Source: Candidatus Levybacteria bacterium RIFCSPHIGHO2_01_FULL_40_16 (lineage in GTDB: Bacteria > Patescibacteriota > Microgenomatia > Levybacterales > UBA12049). Taken from it: DNA of 53,788 nt. Position numbers and translations under genes: made by a program. Location of the stretch: positions 1 to 53,788 of the forward strand of contig MFNS01000002.1 of the NCBI GenBank assembly GCA_001783805.1, in the 5' to 3' direction. Shown here in pieces: positions 36,395 to 45,836 of this stretch (position 1 is its first letter; each line of letters begins with the position of its first letter). Below the pieces are notes generated by a model. It worked only from the letters and a program-made list of their open reading frames with translations. It did no database searches and was not told where the DNA came from.

Positions 36395-38068
36395 CTACAG
36401 CCCCTTGACCAACTCTTTTGTTTTTCCCCATCCGGGAATTTCAATGGCAGTCATAAAATTCTTGGCTGTCGCTTTATCTCTAAAATCATTAATGCCCCAT
36501 TTATTTTTAATTAAGTTTTCCTGATGCTCGATAACAACATTTGGGTACTGCGATTTCCAAGTTGAAATATAATTTGAATTTTCTCCACCCGGCTCAAGTT
36601 CGACAAGGCGTTCGCGGTAAAATTTCAGAAGGTGTTCGCGGTATGCACAGAGTCCTGATGTCAGATTTTCATCCCAGCGGACGGCAAGTCCGTCTGTTGT
36701 TCTTACCCTCCACCAGTTCTGATTGTAATAGAAAATGTCTTTTTTCATTGGTACAAAATCAAAATGAGAAGGATGATACAGAACATCGTGTTCACAGAAA
36801 TAAATTATATCTGCCTGACTAACCTCTAAAGCACCTACTATTTGCTTGAGTGTGGCAACATAACCTTTTTTTAGGTCTGGGAAGCGGACGTTTCTATCGC
36901 CAAAGGTCATTTGTTTGAAAGATGCGCTAAGTATTGAAATCTTCTTCTCCTTGCTTACCTTACTAAGTACACCTTGAACTCGATGGGCAATTTTTAATTT
37001 AAGCTGATTGTCAGTATAAAAAACAATCTCTTTGGTCGGCCAGTCTAAATAAATAAGACCTTTTGCCGGCAGTTCGCCTTCCGTAGGCTCAATTTCTGCT
37101 GGTTTTGCGCCTGATTGATCTTTGAACTTAAAAGTATTTGCTTTCAACTTAGCCAAGTCTTCTTCGCTCCAGCCTTTGACCGGCCAAAATTTTTCAACCA
37201 GCCAGGAAAGCGGATGGACTTGTTTGGGCCAGTTATTGTTAAAAAAAAGGGTTCGGGCATAATCCTTGGCTTTTTCCTGATCGCGGCCTGAAATGGGATA
37301 GGGAAAACTGAAATCTCCGCCCTGGGTCCGAAACATATGGGCATACCAGGTTTTTTTATTTACCATTACCCTACCCCCCGATAACCATGTTTTTACAGCT
37401 ACTTCAATTCCCTGTGATCCCCAGCTGCCGAATTTCTCATCGCAAACCCCAAGTTCCCAATACTTATCGCGGGTCAACATCCAGCACGACCCCTGAAGTG
37501 ACATTGTCTCCGTGATATCCCCCCCGTATCCGGGCCTTTTTGTATATTCATTAAAATACTGAAAATGAGGGACAGAATCAAAACAGTAGGAAACGCTATT
37601 GGGTCTTTCTTTGGCTTTCCAGAAAATATCTCTCACGGTTGGCTTGCCGCATTCACTACATGGCCCGCTGGGCCCCTGATACCTTCTGTGCCCGTCCGGG
37701 CAGAGCCAATCAAAAGCATGTAAATTTTTCATCAGAGGAACCATTGTCCAATCATCATGCATTTCCGCAATCATTTTTACATCAAATCCCTTATCAAAGG
37801 AGCAATGCGCATCACACTTCATCAAATATTTGCTCTTCGAAAGTCTGGCCGCGACATTCGTGGCGGCTCTTTGTCCGATAGATTTTGGCAAATTGACAAT
37901 CGTTACTCTTGAATCCTGAGGCAATTCCGGTACGGGAACCGTGTATCCGTCCAGAACTGCAATTACTTCGGTTTTACCTTCAATATTGGCCAGAATATTT
38001 TCAATGGTTTTACCTAAAAACATTTCGTTGCGACCGGGGATGAGTATACTCAAATCATAGGTAGTCAT
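36395..38068 (-). CDS. Two-domain glycosyltransferase (GT2 plus a second GT-A-like domain)
   Basis: LSILIPGRNE, MKCDAHC and LQGSCW; C-terminal FYTDN...FCEHDVLYHPSHF. Confidence 0.85.
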   Translation of the reverse strand: MTTYDLSILIPGRNEMFLGKTIENILANIEGKTEVIAVLDGYTVPVPELPQDSRVTIVNLPKSIGQRAATNVAARLSKSKYLMKCDAHCSFDKGFDVKMIAEMHDDWTMVPLMKNLHAFDWLCPDGHRRYQGPSGPCSECGKPTVRDIFWKAKERPNSVSYCFDSVPHFQYFNEYTKRPGYGGDITETMSLQGSCWMLTRDKYWELGVCDEKFGSWGSQGIEVAVKTWLSGGRVMVNKKTWYAHMFRTQGGDFSFPYPISGRDQEKAKDYARTLFFNNNWPKQVHPLSWLVEKFWPVKGWSEEDLAKLKANTFKFKDQSGAKPAEIEPTEGELPAKGLIYLDWPTKEIVFYTDNQLKLKIAHRVQGVLSKVSKEKKISILSASFKQMTFGDRNVRFPDLKKGYVATLKQIVGALEVSQADIIYFCEHDVLYHPSHFDFVPMKKDIFYYNQNWWRVRTTDGLAVRWDENLTSGLCAYREHLLKFYRERLVELEPGGENSNYISTWKSQYPNVVIEHQENLIKNKWGINDFRDKATAKNFMTAIEIPGWGKTKELVKGL

Positions 38069-38973
38069 AGCATGGTTCTTAATCCTTCCTCAAACTTAAC
38101 CCTTGGTTTCCAGCCCAAAAGCTTGCGGGCTTTAGCATTAGATGCCCAGGTAATTCCGGGCTCAATAACTGGAGGTCCATGAATCGGCTTTATTCTTTTC
38201 CCCAAAAGCCCATTAAGTATTTCAACTACCTTATTTACTGAAATTGTTTCTCCGCGACCGATATTAAAAACCTCTCCGCTGATTTTGGACTTTGCTCCCA
38301 AAAGCGTTGCATCTACGACATCTGTTATATAAGTAAAATCCCGGGAATGTTTGCCGTCACCGTTGATAGTCGGCTGTCTATTTTGAGACATAAGCTTGAT
38401 AAATTTGGGAAGAAGAAGAGCGTAAGGACTATTGGGATTCATCCTTGAACCGTAAACATTAAAATAACGGAGCGAAATTGTCGAAAGACCCCAAAGATCT
38501 GAAAACATTTTGCAATATTCCTCGCATTCAAGTTTCTGCAGTGAATAAGGCACTAAGGGATTAGGCCGCATATCCTCAAAAAAAGGCACCATGAGTGGGT
38601 TACCATAAATAGAAGAGCTGGAAGCAAAAACAAATCTTTTGACTTTATATTTTTTGGCCATCAAAAGCAGATTGAGCGTCCCGTCAACATTTACTTTATG
38701 CGTTTCCCACGGATCATCAAGTGATCTTTTAAGACGCGGCAATGCGGCAAGATGAAAGATGACATCCTGTCCTTTAACGAATTTGGAAACGTCATCCAAA
38801 ATCGAAGCTTTAATCTTAATTAGATTTTTGTGTTTCGGCAGATTTTCCCATTTCCCTTCGGATAGATCGTCAATAACAGTTACACGGCTCCCCTCTTTGA
38901 GAAGCCGTTCAACCAAGTGGGAACCAATAAATCCCGCACCACCGGTTACCAAACAATTTTTCAAGTTCTTCAT
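38065..38973 (-). CDS. NAD-dependent epimerase (UDP-hexose/HexNAc 4-epimerase-like)
   Basis: GGAGFIG, SSSSIYG, YSLQK, LRYFNVYG and RDFTY. Confidence 0.92.
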   Translation of the reverse strand: MKNLKNCLVTGGAGFIGSHLVERLLKEGSRVTVIDDLSEGKWENLPKHKNLIKIKASILDDVSKFVKGQDVIFHLAALPRLKRSLDDPWETHKVNVDGTLNLLLMAKKYKVKRFVFASSSSIYGNPLMVPFFEDMRPNPLVPYSLQKLECEEYCKMFSDLWGLSTISLRYFNVYGSRMNPNSPYALLLPKFIKLMSQNRQPTINGDGKHSRDFTYITDVVDATLLGAKSKISGEVFNIGRGETISVNKVVEILNGLLGKRIKPIHGPPVIEPGITWASNAKARKLLGWKPRVKFEEGLRTML

Positions 38974-39731
38974 TTTTGAGTTATCTCTATAAAATCATCC
39001 AGCTTTCTACTGAAGATCTCCCGCATTCCGTTATAGTGTTTTCTAAACTTTGTGTAGTTTAGCTTAACACCATCATCTTTGTAAAGAGATATCCCATTCA
39101 TTCCCGGTTCATAATCTTTCTTAAATCCTTCCATTGGAGAGATCATCACTACCCGGCAGCCGCATAAACGGGCAACTTCGCTTAACGCGGTTACAGGATC
39201 ATAGATGTAAAGCACCTGGCAGTCGTTCAGCATATCTGCCAACTCCTGCTGATCCTGCATTCTCGGAAGTTCAATTGCGTCGGATGGATGCTGATTGGTA
39301 TTCTTTCCTTTTCCTACGTAGTAAAATTTTTTGGTCCGCTTCCCCTTCCGGCTGCAAAATAAATGCATGTCAATAATCGGAAGAAAGAGGTAGTGGCTTT
39401 CCGGAAGATTTTTCAGGTAAAGTCTGGAAAAAGCAAATAGTTTATCCTTTGGATCAAATTTAGTCGGGCCGGGTTTGAAGCTTCGGGTGCCGGGAGTTCC
39501 CTTCCCCATCATTCCGGGCTTCTGTAGGATGTATCTGACCACAGTATTGGCTTCCATGGGATTTCCATGATAAATCTCCGGATAAATTGCCACAAAATCC
39601 GAATCGGGATACTTTGTGTTGACATTGACAATTTGGCCTTTAGCCAAAAGCCAGCCGTAAAGTCCCCACATGACCCGGATTCCGCCGGAGCTAATCTTAA
39701 AGTTGGGAGTAACAACGCTGTATGGCTTCAT
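38970..39731 (-). CDS. Hypothetical glycosyltransferase-like protein
   Basis: SGGIRVM, IYPEI...GNP...VVRYIL, YIYDP and EARLCGC-type motif. Start placed at the ATGA overlap. Confidence 0.5.
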   Translation of the reverse strand: MKPYSVVTPNFKISSGGIRVMWGLYGWLLAKGQIVNVNTKYPDSDFVAIYPEIYHGNPMEANTVVRYILQKPGMMGKGTPGTRSFKPGPTKFDPKDKLFAFSRLYLKNLPESHYLFLPIIDMHLFCSRKGKRTKKFYYVGKGKNTNQHPSDAIELPRMQDQQELADMLNDCQVLYIYDPVTALSEVARLCGCRVVMISPMEGFKKDYEPGMNGISLYKDDGVKLNYTKFRKHYNGMREIFSRKLDDFIEITQK

Positions 39732-40459
39732 CTGATTATGATGCTTTGCCCATAATTGCCGATTTGCTTTAGCCATTCTTTGACTTCGGGGGTAAAAGGC
39801 ATATTTTCAAAATCCAGTTTGGGATAGACTCCGCCTTTAGCATTGTGATAGGCCAGGACCTGTTCTCCCCGGCACATTAATTTGTCATTCTCAATATAAA
39901 ACTCCGATTCGCGGTTTAGCGATTTGCAGCCATAATAATCCTTTTCTCTATCCACGATCTTGAGTTTGAGCTGGGGCATGGCCTTATAGATTACTAAATT
40001 CAGGACGTCATTTTCCCGGCCCTTGTATTTCCTGGCATCCCTATTCATTTCCTGCCATTTGAGCCAAAATTCCTTCTTAGTTGAGGCAATCAGACCTCCC
40101 TGAATATACATTTCTGCGGTTATGTTTTCAACAGTAGAATTTTCATAATCATTATAGTTCCACGGACCGGCTACATCATAGTTAACGTTGTCAAAAATTT
40201 CCATCATTCTGCCCGTAACCACATGGTCAACGTCCATTTTTACAACCAAATCGTAATCCTCAAACAGAAGCTGGGCAAAATATGGGGTAGCATTATACCA
40301 GTTAATTCCTTTTTCCGGAAATAGCTTGTCAACTACGTTCTGTCTCATTACAACCAAATCGATGTCCGGATGGAATCTTTTGAAGCTGTTAATCATGATC
40401 GGAGTCCCAGCCAGAGAATAATGCTTGTCATCAACAGGAGCAAAACATACTTTCTTCAT
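39728..40459 (-). CDS. GT8-like glycosyltransferase
   Basis: VKMDVDH, QGGL, ENDVLN and AYHNAKG. Confidence 0.62.
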   Translation of the reverse strand: MKKVCFAPVDDKHYSLAGTPIMINSFKRFHPDIDLVVMRQNVVDKLFPEKGINWYNATPYFAQLLFEDYDLVVKMDVDHVVTGRMMEIFDNVNYDVAGPWNYNDYENSTVENITAEMYIQGGLIASTKKEFWLKWQEMNRDARKYKGRENDVLNLVIYKAMPQLKLKIVDREKDYYGCKSLNRESEFYIENDKLMCRGEQVLAYHNAKGGVYPKLDFENMPFTPEVKEWLKQIGNYGQSIIIR

Positions 40460-41064
40460 ATTTTTCTCGCCAGAAAATGATCTTTCATCGGCTCCGTGTA
40501 TCGATAGCCCATTTCTTCAACCACATCTTTAACTTCAATTCTTCTATCAGTTGCTTCAACCACCTTGTTTGTGTCGTGATGCAATTCCCCCAGTATCGTA
40601 TATACCCTATCTTTAGGAAAATTCGGGTCGCTTAAGATTTCTCTCTCCAGTCCTTCTACGTCTATTTTTAGGATATCCGCATATTGAATCCTGTTCATAT
40701 CCATAAAATTCCTTAGTGTCATGCTTTGCGTTTCAAATTCACCGTCTCTTCTTATTTGTGAGCTTCCGGCAGCCAGAACCGGATCCTTCCAATACCTTCT
40801 GGGCAACTCATTTCCGGTTATCGCAGTGCAGTAGGTTTTAATTCTAGCTATTTTATTTGTTGCAATTGTCCGATTCAAATTATCAATGATCTCGGGAACC
40901 ATATCGATTGCGTATATTTCTTTTGCCAAAGCGTATAACCAGAAGGAGAAAGTCCCGATATTGCACCCCACGTCAATTACTACCAAATCTTTGAATAAAA
41001 ATGAATATTCATTTCTATTTATTACTTCCCGAACAAATCTGTCGGAATCAGCTTCAATTACCAT
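40456..41064 (-). CDS. FkbM-family methyltransferase
   Basis: VIDVGCNIG and DILKIDVEG.E. Confidence 0.88.
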   Translation of the reverse strand: MVIEADSDRFVREVINRNEYSFLFKDLVVIDVGCNIGTFSFWLYALAKEIYAIDMVPEIIDNLNRTIATNKIARIKTYCTAITGNELPRRYWKDPVLAAGSSQIRRDGEFETQSMTLRNFMDMNRIQYADILKIDVEGLEREILSDPNFPKDRVYTILGELHHDTNKVVEATDRRIEVKDVVEEMGYRYTEPMKDHFLARKI

Positions 41065-41157
41065 ACGGAAAAAGTAAACTGCTTAGAAATTCCGGCACAA
41101 TTTTCATGACAGTAGTTTATAGTTTAATCTAATGAACGTCAAGAGGCATGATTAGAG

Positions 41158-41796
41158 CTAAAAGACATTGTTATAGTAGTCATATTTGAGATTTGTCCGG
41201 TTCATCCAGTTGCCGGGAAAGTTGATCTGCCCTTTTGTGTAACGGAAAGAACCCTTATTCGCGTCTTCTCTCATGATAAACCAGGCGCCTTGGTGATTGG
41301 TAAATCCATAAAAAGCGATGATGCTGTCGTCAATCTCGGTAATATTGTATCCGACCAATGGCTGATCTTGTTCAAGATTGCTACTATCGGTTGCGGCAGT
41401 TTCCATATTTCTTTCCGATGGTGCCGGAGAACTTTTGGGAAATAGGTTTTCGAATTTTTTATTAAAAATTGAGAAGAGGAAAACGGCAAGTCCTGCACCG
41501 CCAATCAGTTTAAGAAATGCCCGCCTGTCAATATCGGCAATGCCTAGATTTTCTCCTATTGCCGCCCCGATTCCTGCCACCGACTTCATCGAAGGATGGC
41601 TCGTGGCCACCGATTCCCTAGAATATGCCGCCCGAGTCCGGCGCGGAAAGACTTTAAAGAAGAAAAGAATAAGCAATGGATAAAGAAGAATTGCGACGGC
41701 CAGCTGGAGATAGGTTTTGGCAGTCACAAACGTTGCTCCCACCACCAGGCCGGCGACTATAAAGATAAAACCGGTTAGAACCTTGCCTTTATTCAT
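41158..41796 (-). CDS. Hypothetical membrane protein with an internal RR motif
   Basis: Two N-terminal TM helices, DRRAFLKLIGG plus a TM helix, and an aromatic-rich C-terminal domain. Confidence 0.7.
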   Translation of the reverse strand: MNKGKVLTGFIFIVAGLVVGATFVTAKTYLQLAVAILLYPLLILFFFKVFPRRTRAAYSRESVATSHPSMKSVAGIGAAIGENLGIADIDRRAFLKLIGGAGLAVFLFSIFNKKFENLFPKSSPAPSERNMETAATDSSNLEQDQPLVGYNITEIDDSIIAFYGFTNHQGAWFIMREDANKGSFRYTKGQINFPGNWMNRTNLKYDYYNNVF

Positions 41797-42880
41797 TTAT
41801 CTCCTCCCTAACCTCTACATATGTTGCCGATATAAAGCCTGACTCGGTAGCTAATTTGACCTCATACCACTTTGAATCAGCAGAAACAAATTCGAAAATG
41901 TCGCCATCTTTAGCCTGTCCGATTATTTCCGAATTGGTGGTCGATTTTTGGCGGATGTTCACACTTTCCGCCCCATCACTAACTTTAACCGTTACGATCA
42001 TTTTGGGTTTTACCTCTTCTGTTGTTGAAAGAACTGCGGGAGCAATAGAAGGATTGAAATCATTGGCTGTGGAAACCATAACGTTTCTTATTCCGAAGGT
42101 AAACAGCAACAAAAATACTACAATTGTCGCCAGAAGTTCAGGCATTCTTTGCAGGGGCTTCAGAGAGGATTGTGCAGCTGTTTCCGGAAGATGATTTTCA
42201 ACATTTCTTGCAGGATCTCTCCTTTCAAGATGCTCAATTTCACTCTCAAAAGTGATATCCTTAAGAAGTTCCTTTACCTTTTGGTCGGGTTCGTATTTTT
42301 CCACAAAATCTTTGTATCCGGCCGTCCCCTTGCCAAAAAAAGACAGAACAATTTTCGGCTTAACCCAGGAAGTTTCTCTTGCACCCAAATATTCGCTATA
42401 GGATGAATGGCCGCCGGCATAATGGAAAAAACGAGTCAGGTGCGGCAGACGGGGTCCGCTCTTGATCTGAACTGACTTATATGGGCCTTCGAATAGAGCT
42501 CCTGTGCGCTGGTATTTCTTATTAAAATACATTGAATATCTGGTACACAAAGATCTGATAAAGCTCTCCAACGAGCCTTTGGCCACCTGATGCAAGAGTA
42601 AATGGAAGTGGCCCGGCATTAACATGTACGCGATGAGCTCAACTTTGTTGAAATAATTCTTAGGCTGGTGAGGAGTGCCTCGGAAAACGCGACCATTCAC
42701 CGTAAAAGACTTTTTGATGCTTTCGGGATCCTGGGGAGGAGTCAAATAACCCTCTAGGAAGTCAAGGAAGACCGTGTAATCCGCTTCGTCGTTGAAAATG
42801 ACCCTGTTCTCTACCCCTTTGTTGTAAATGTGGGAATAAATTCCTTCTTTCCGTTCCCTAAAGAGATTTTTGGCAGGCAT
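41789..42880 (-). CDS. RAYT/IS200-like HUH transposase domain fused to a TM helix and an SH3-type domain; probably catalytically dead
   Basis: HIYNKG, AYMLMPGHFHLL, YFNKKYQRTGALF and SSY..Y; TM LLATIVVFLLLFTFGI; VNIRQKSTTNSEIIG...WYEV...GFIS. Confidence 0.8.
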   Translation of the reverse strand: MPAKNLFRERKEGIYSHIYNKGVENRVIFNDEADYTVFLDFLEGYLTPPQDPESIKKSFTVNGRVFRGTPHQPKNYFNKVELIAYMLMPGHFHLLLHQVAKGSLESFIRSLCTRYSMYFNKKYQRTGALFEGPYKSVQIKSGPRLPHLTRFFHYAGGHSSYSEYLGARETSWVKPKIVLSFFGKGTAGYKDFVEKYEPDQKVKELLKDITFESEIEHLERRDPARNVENHLPETAAQSSLKPLQRMPELLATIVVFLLLFTFGIRNVMVSTANDFNPSIAPAVLSTTEEVKPKMIVTVKVSDGAESVNIRQKSTTNSEIIGQAKDGDIFEFVSADSKWYEVKLATESGFISATYVEVREEINE

Positions 42881-43047
42881 AATATTACAATACCTTGTAA
42901 GAAGATACTTTGCAAGTACCAATTTGAAGCTAAATCTTCCCGAAGATTAAGAAGAAGATGAATCCTTATAAGTATTTTTTGATATCAACCGCCCCAATAG
43001 ACTGCTAAACGGAGCTGAAGAAAAAGAATGTGCTATAATGAGCCGGA

Positions 43048-44097
43048 ATGAACACAACCAATGTCAAAAAATACCGCCCTATCCCGCTCTTTTATCCGTT
43101 TGTCAGCGAAGGCATGCGGCGAGCGGCTTATGATGCCTTGAAGGATAAAATTATTACCCAGGGCCAAAAAGTAATTGAGCTTGAAAAGCGCTTAAATTCA
43201 GCTCTTGGTACAAAAAACCTTCTGACTGTAAATTCCGGCAGTTCGGCTCTGGAATTAGCTTATCATCTTTTGGACTTAAAGCCCGGCGACGAGGTAATCG
43301 CTCCGGTATTCACCTGCACTATCACCAATCTTCCTCTCTTAAGAAGAGGAGTCAAAATTGTCTTTGCCGATGTGAAGGATAATCTTCTACCGGATTGGAG
43401 CGATATCGAAAGTAAAATTACTAAAAAAACCAAAGCCATAGCCGATGCTCATCTGTTCGGACAGCTCAATGAAACAAGAAATTTAGGAATACCGGTGGTT
43501 GGCGACGCAGCTCAATATTTGGGCAAAACTTTTGGTGAAAGATTTACCGCCTATTCTTTCCAGGCAGTCAAAATTATGACCACGGTAGATGGCGGAGCTT
43601 TGGTTTGTGAACGAAAACAGGATTACCGGCGGGCAAAGCTGCTTCGCTGGTACGGAATTGACCGGGAAACGGGCAAAGAAAGCTACGACGTGGACATCAA
43701 AGAAGCCGGATACAAATACCACATGAACGATGTCACGGCTGCGATTGGCATTGCCGGTTTAAAAATATTGGATAAGCTGAAAAAAGAACGTGCTACGCTC
43801 CAAAACCACTACAAGGAATGTTTAAGAGATATTCCCGGCCTTCAAGTTATTGGCGGCTCTCCATTTCTTATTCATGTTTTCAATCGGAAAAAACTTATGC
43901 ATAAACTGGCCATGGCAGGAATTGAAACAGGCCTTGGACATCGCCGCAATGATATGTATACGGTCTTCGGGGGAAGAAGACAAAATCTACCCAATATGAA
44001 CCGCTTGGAAGAAACTTATCTCCTGCTCCCCTGCCATAACCACATGACGGCAAATGACGTAGACTATATCTGCGAATCAATTAGAAAAAATATATGA
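43048..44097 (+). CDS. DegT/DnrJ-family aminotransferase
   Basis: NSGSSAL, GDAAQ, SFQAVKIMTTVDGG and GYKYHM. Confidence 0.92.
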   Translation: MNTTNVKKYRPIPLFYPFVSEGMRRAAYDALKDKIITQGQKVIELEKRLNSALGTKNLLTVNSGSSALELAYHLLDLKPGDEVIAPVFTCTITNLPLLRRGVKIVFADVKDNLLPDWSDIESKITKKTKAIADAHLFGQLNETRNLGIPVVGDAAQYLGKTFGERFTAYSFQAVKIMTTVDGGALVCERKQDYRRAKLLRWYGIDRETGKESYDVDIKEAGYKYHMNDVTAAIGIAGLKILDKLKKERATLQNHYKECLRDIPGLQVIGGSPFLIHVFNRKKLMHKLAMAGIETGLGHRRNDMYTVFGGRRQNLPNMNRLEETYLLLPCHNHMTANDVDYICESIRKNI

Positions 44098-44175
44098 TCC
44101 CGTTAGAAGCAAATTGCAACATAAACATTTTAGAATTCAAAATATGAGAAAAGCGATCGCAGCTTCTAACAGGAT
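44097..44175. mobile_element. MITE-like element, CCCGTTAGA/TCTAACGGG family
   Basis: ATCCCGTTAGAAGC...GCTTCTAACAGGAT (13/14 inverted repeat), with ATGA at both ends. Confidence 0.65.
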
Positions 44176-44767
44176 GATTAATTTCTCCTACAGAAAAGAT
44201 TGGCTAAATCCCCCCTGGTATTCTTCGTATGAAAAAAATAACTACGGAGATTTTTTTTACGCTCTAATGCGCGTTTATCAACCCAAAAAAGTAGTTGAAC
44301 TGGGAACTAAAGCCGGATACAGTGCTTTTCACATGGCCAGAGGACTTACGGCCAACGGCAAAGGGAAGCTAGATTGCTATGATCTTTGGGAAAACTATAA
44401 ATTTAATTCTGTCCCCCGGTCTCTGGCTGAAAAGAACTTAAAAAAATACAAAAAAATTGTCAGCTTAAGCTTACGGAATGCAATCGGTGTCGATAAGAGA
44501 TACAAAGAGATAGACATTTTACACGTGGATTTGAGCAACGAGGGCGGAATCTTGGAGAAGATAATCCCCTATTGGATAGACAAAGTCCGTCAAGTGATTA
44601 TTCTTGAAGGCGGTTCAAAAGAACATGACAAACTTCCCTGGATTAAAAAGTTTAAAAAAATCCCGGTTGAGAAATGGCTGGCAGATTTTATCCGCAAACA
44701 CCCAAACATTGAACATGTTACGATTGAACCATTCCCGTCAGTAACTATTCTTAGAAAAAATGAATAA
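44174..44767 (+). CDS. Class I SAM methyltransferase
   Basis: VVELGTKAGYS and DILHVD. The start is placed at the ATG after the repeat element, not at 44114. Confidence 0.75.
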   Translation: MINFSYRKDWLNPPWYSSYEKNNYGDFFYALMRVYQPKKVVELGTKAGYSAFHMARGLTANGKGKLDCYDLWENYKFNSVPRSLAEKNLKKYKKIVSLSLRNAIGVDKRYKEIDILHVDLSNEGGILEKIIPYWIDKVRQVIILEGGSKEHDKLPWIKKFKKIPVEKWLADFIRKHPNIEHVTIEPFPSVTILRKNE

Positions 44768-45818
44768 TAACTACAATCTCCCTGAGGAGCTAGAAGCGAT
44801 GCTTCTTGATTTCTATATGATGCCCGCCAAAAAAAGATATGTATCCGATGATTGGGTTAATAAAATTAACAATGGACGTGTTGCTAAATTGGCAGCAACC
44901 GGATATGAAAATTTCGGGCATACCTTGGCCATCGATTACTGCGCTTGGCTTGAAGATCCATCTATGCCAGGGGTTTCAAAATTACTCCAATCAAAGATTG
45001 ATTATTTATGCCGTAATCTTGGCTCAGAAGAAATCGCAAAAGCTAAAAAAGTAGCAAAAAAAATCCCGCCATCGCCGTATGCGGCTAAAGACTGTAATTT
45101 TATTACCCTGCTTCTTTGGCAATATGTAAAAAATCAAGGATTACAAAAAGAATCAAAAATGCTCAGTGAATCAAGCGAGGGCGACCCGACCGCAATTAAT
45201 TTTGAAGGCAAGCTAATTTCGCAAGGTCTGGGATATTCACTTCTGGAATACGATACAATACGTAAAAATACCGACATTAACTCAATCAAGTCCATAATGT
45301 CAATCGGCCCCGGATATGGGAGAACAGCCTATGTCTTTCTGCGTTTACTTAAGGTACAAAAATACATACTGATTGACATACCGCCCGCACTTTACGTAGC
45401 TCAAAGATATCTGGAAAACTTACTCCCCGAAAAGAAAATATTCAAATATAGAAAGTTCACATCTTTTAGGGAAATCGAAGAAGAGTTTGAGAAGGCGGAA
45501 ATCGTATTTCTTATGCCCTGGCAAATTGAACTGTTGCCGGAAAAATGTATCGATTTAATTACTGCCATTCTCTCATTTGATGATATGGACATAAGAACAA
45601 TAAAAAGATATCTTAAGCATATTAACACTCTAGGTAAACGTTATTTCTATCTAAAAACCTGGAAGGAATGGACAAACGAAAATAAAATAATAAAATGGAA
45701 GGAAAGTTGTCCGATACCAAAGAGTTGGAAAACCCTGGTATATCGCAGTTGCAGGGCGCAAGCCGATTACTCTGAAAAATTGTACAAACTGCCGAGACAC
45801 AGTAAATTAGAGCATTAA
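44760..45818 (+). CDS. Putative sugar O-methyltransferase
   Basis: SIGPGYGRTA, YILIDIPPALYVAQRYL and YLKHI. Confidence 0.8.
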   Translation: MNNNYNLPEELEAMLLDFYMMPAKKRYVSDDWVNKINNGRVAKLAATGYENFGHTLAIDYCAWLEDPSMPGVSKLLQSKIDYLCRNLGSEEIAKAKKVAKKIPPSPYAAKDCNFITLLLWQYVKNQGLQKESKMLSESSEGDPTAINFEGKLISQGLGYSLLEYDTIRKNTDINSIKSIMSIGPGYGRTAYVFLRLLKVQKYILIDIPPALYVAQRYLENLLPEKKIFKYRKFTSFREIEEEFEKAEIVFLMPWQIELLPEKCIDLITAILSFDDMDIRTIKRYLKHINTLGKRYFYLKTWKEWTNENKIIKWKESCPIPKSWKTLVYRSCRAQADYSEKLYKLPRHSKLEH

Positions 45819-45836
45819 CATGGCTAAAGCAATAAA

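Noticed and set aside
41789-42922. Active IS200/IS605 insertion sequence
   Set aside because: The catalytic Tyr appears to be replaced, there is no tnpB, the ORF is fused to TM and SH3 domains, and no convincing paired subterminal hairpins were seen.
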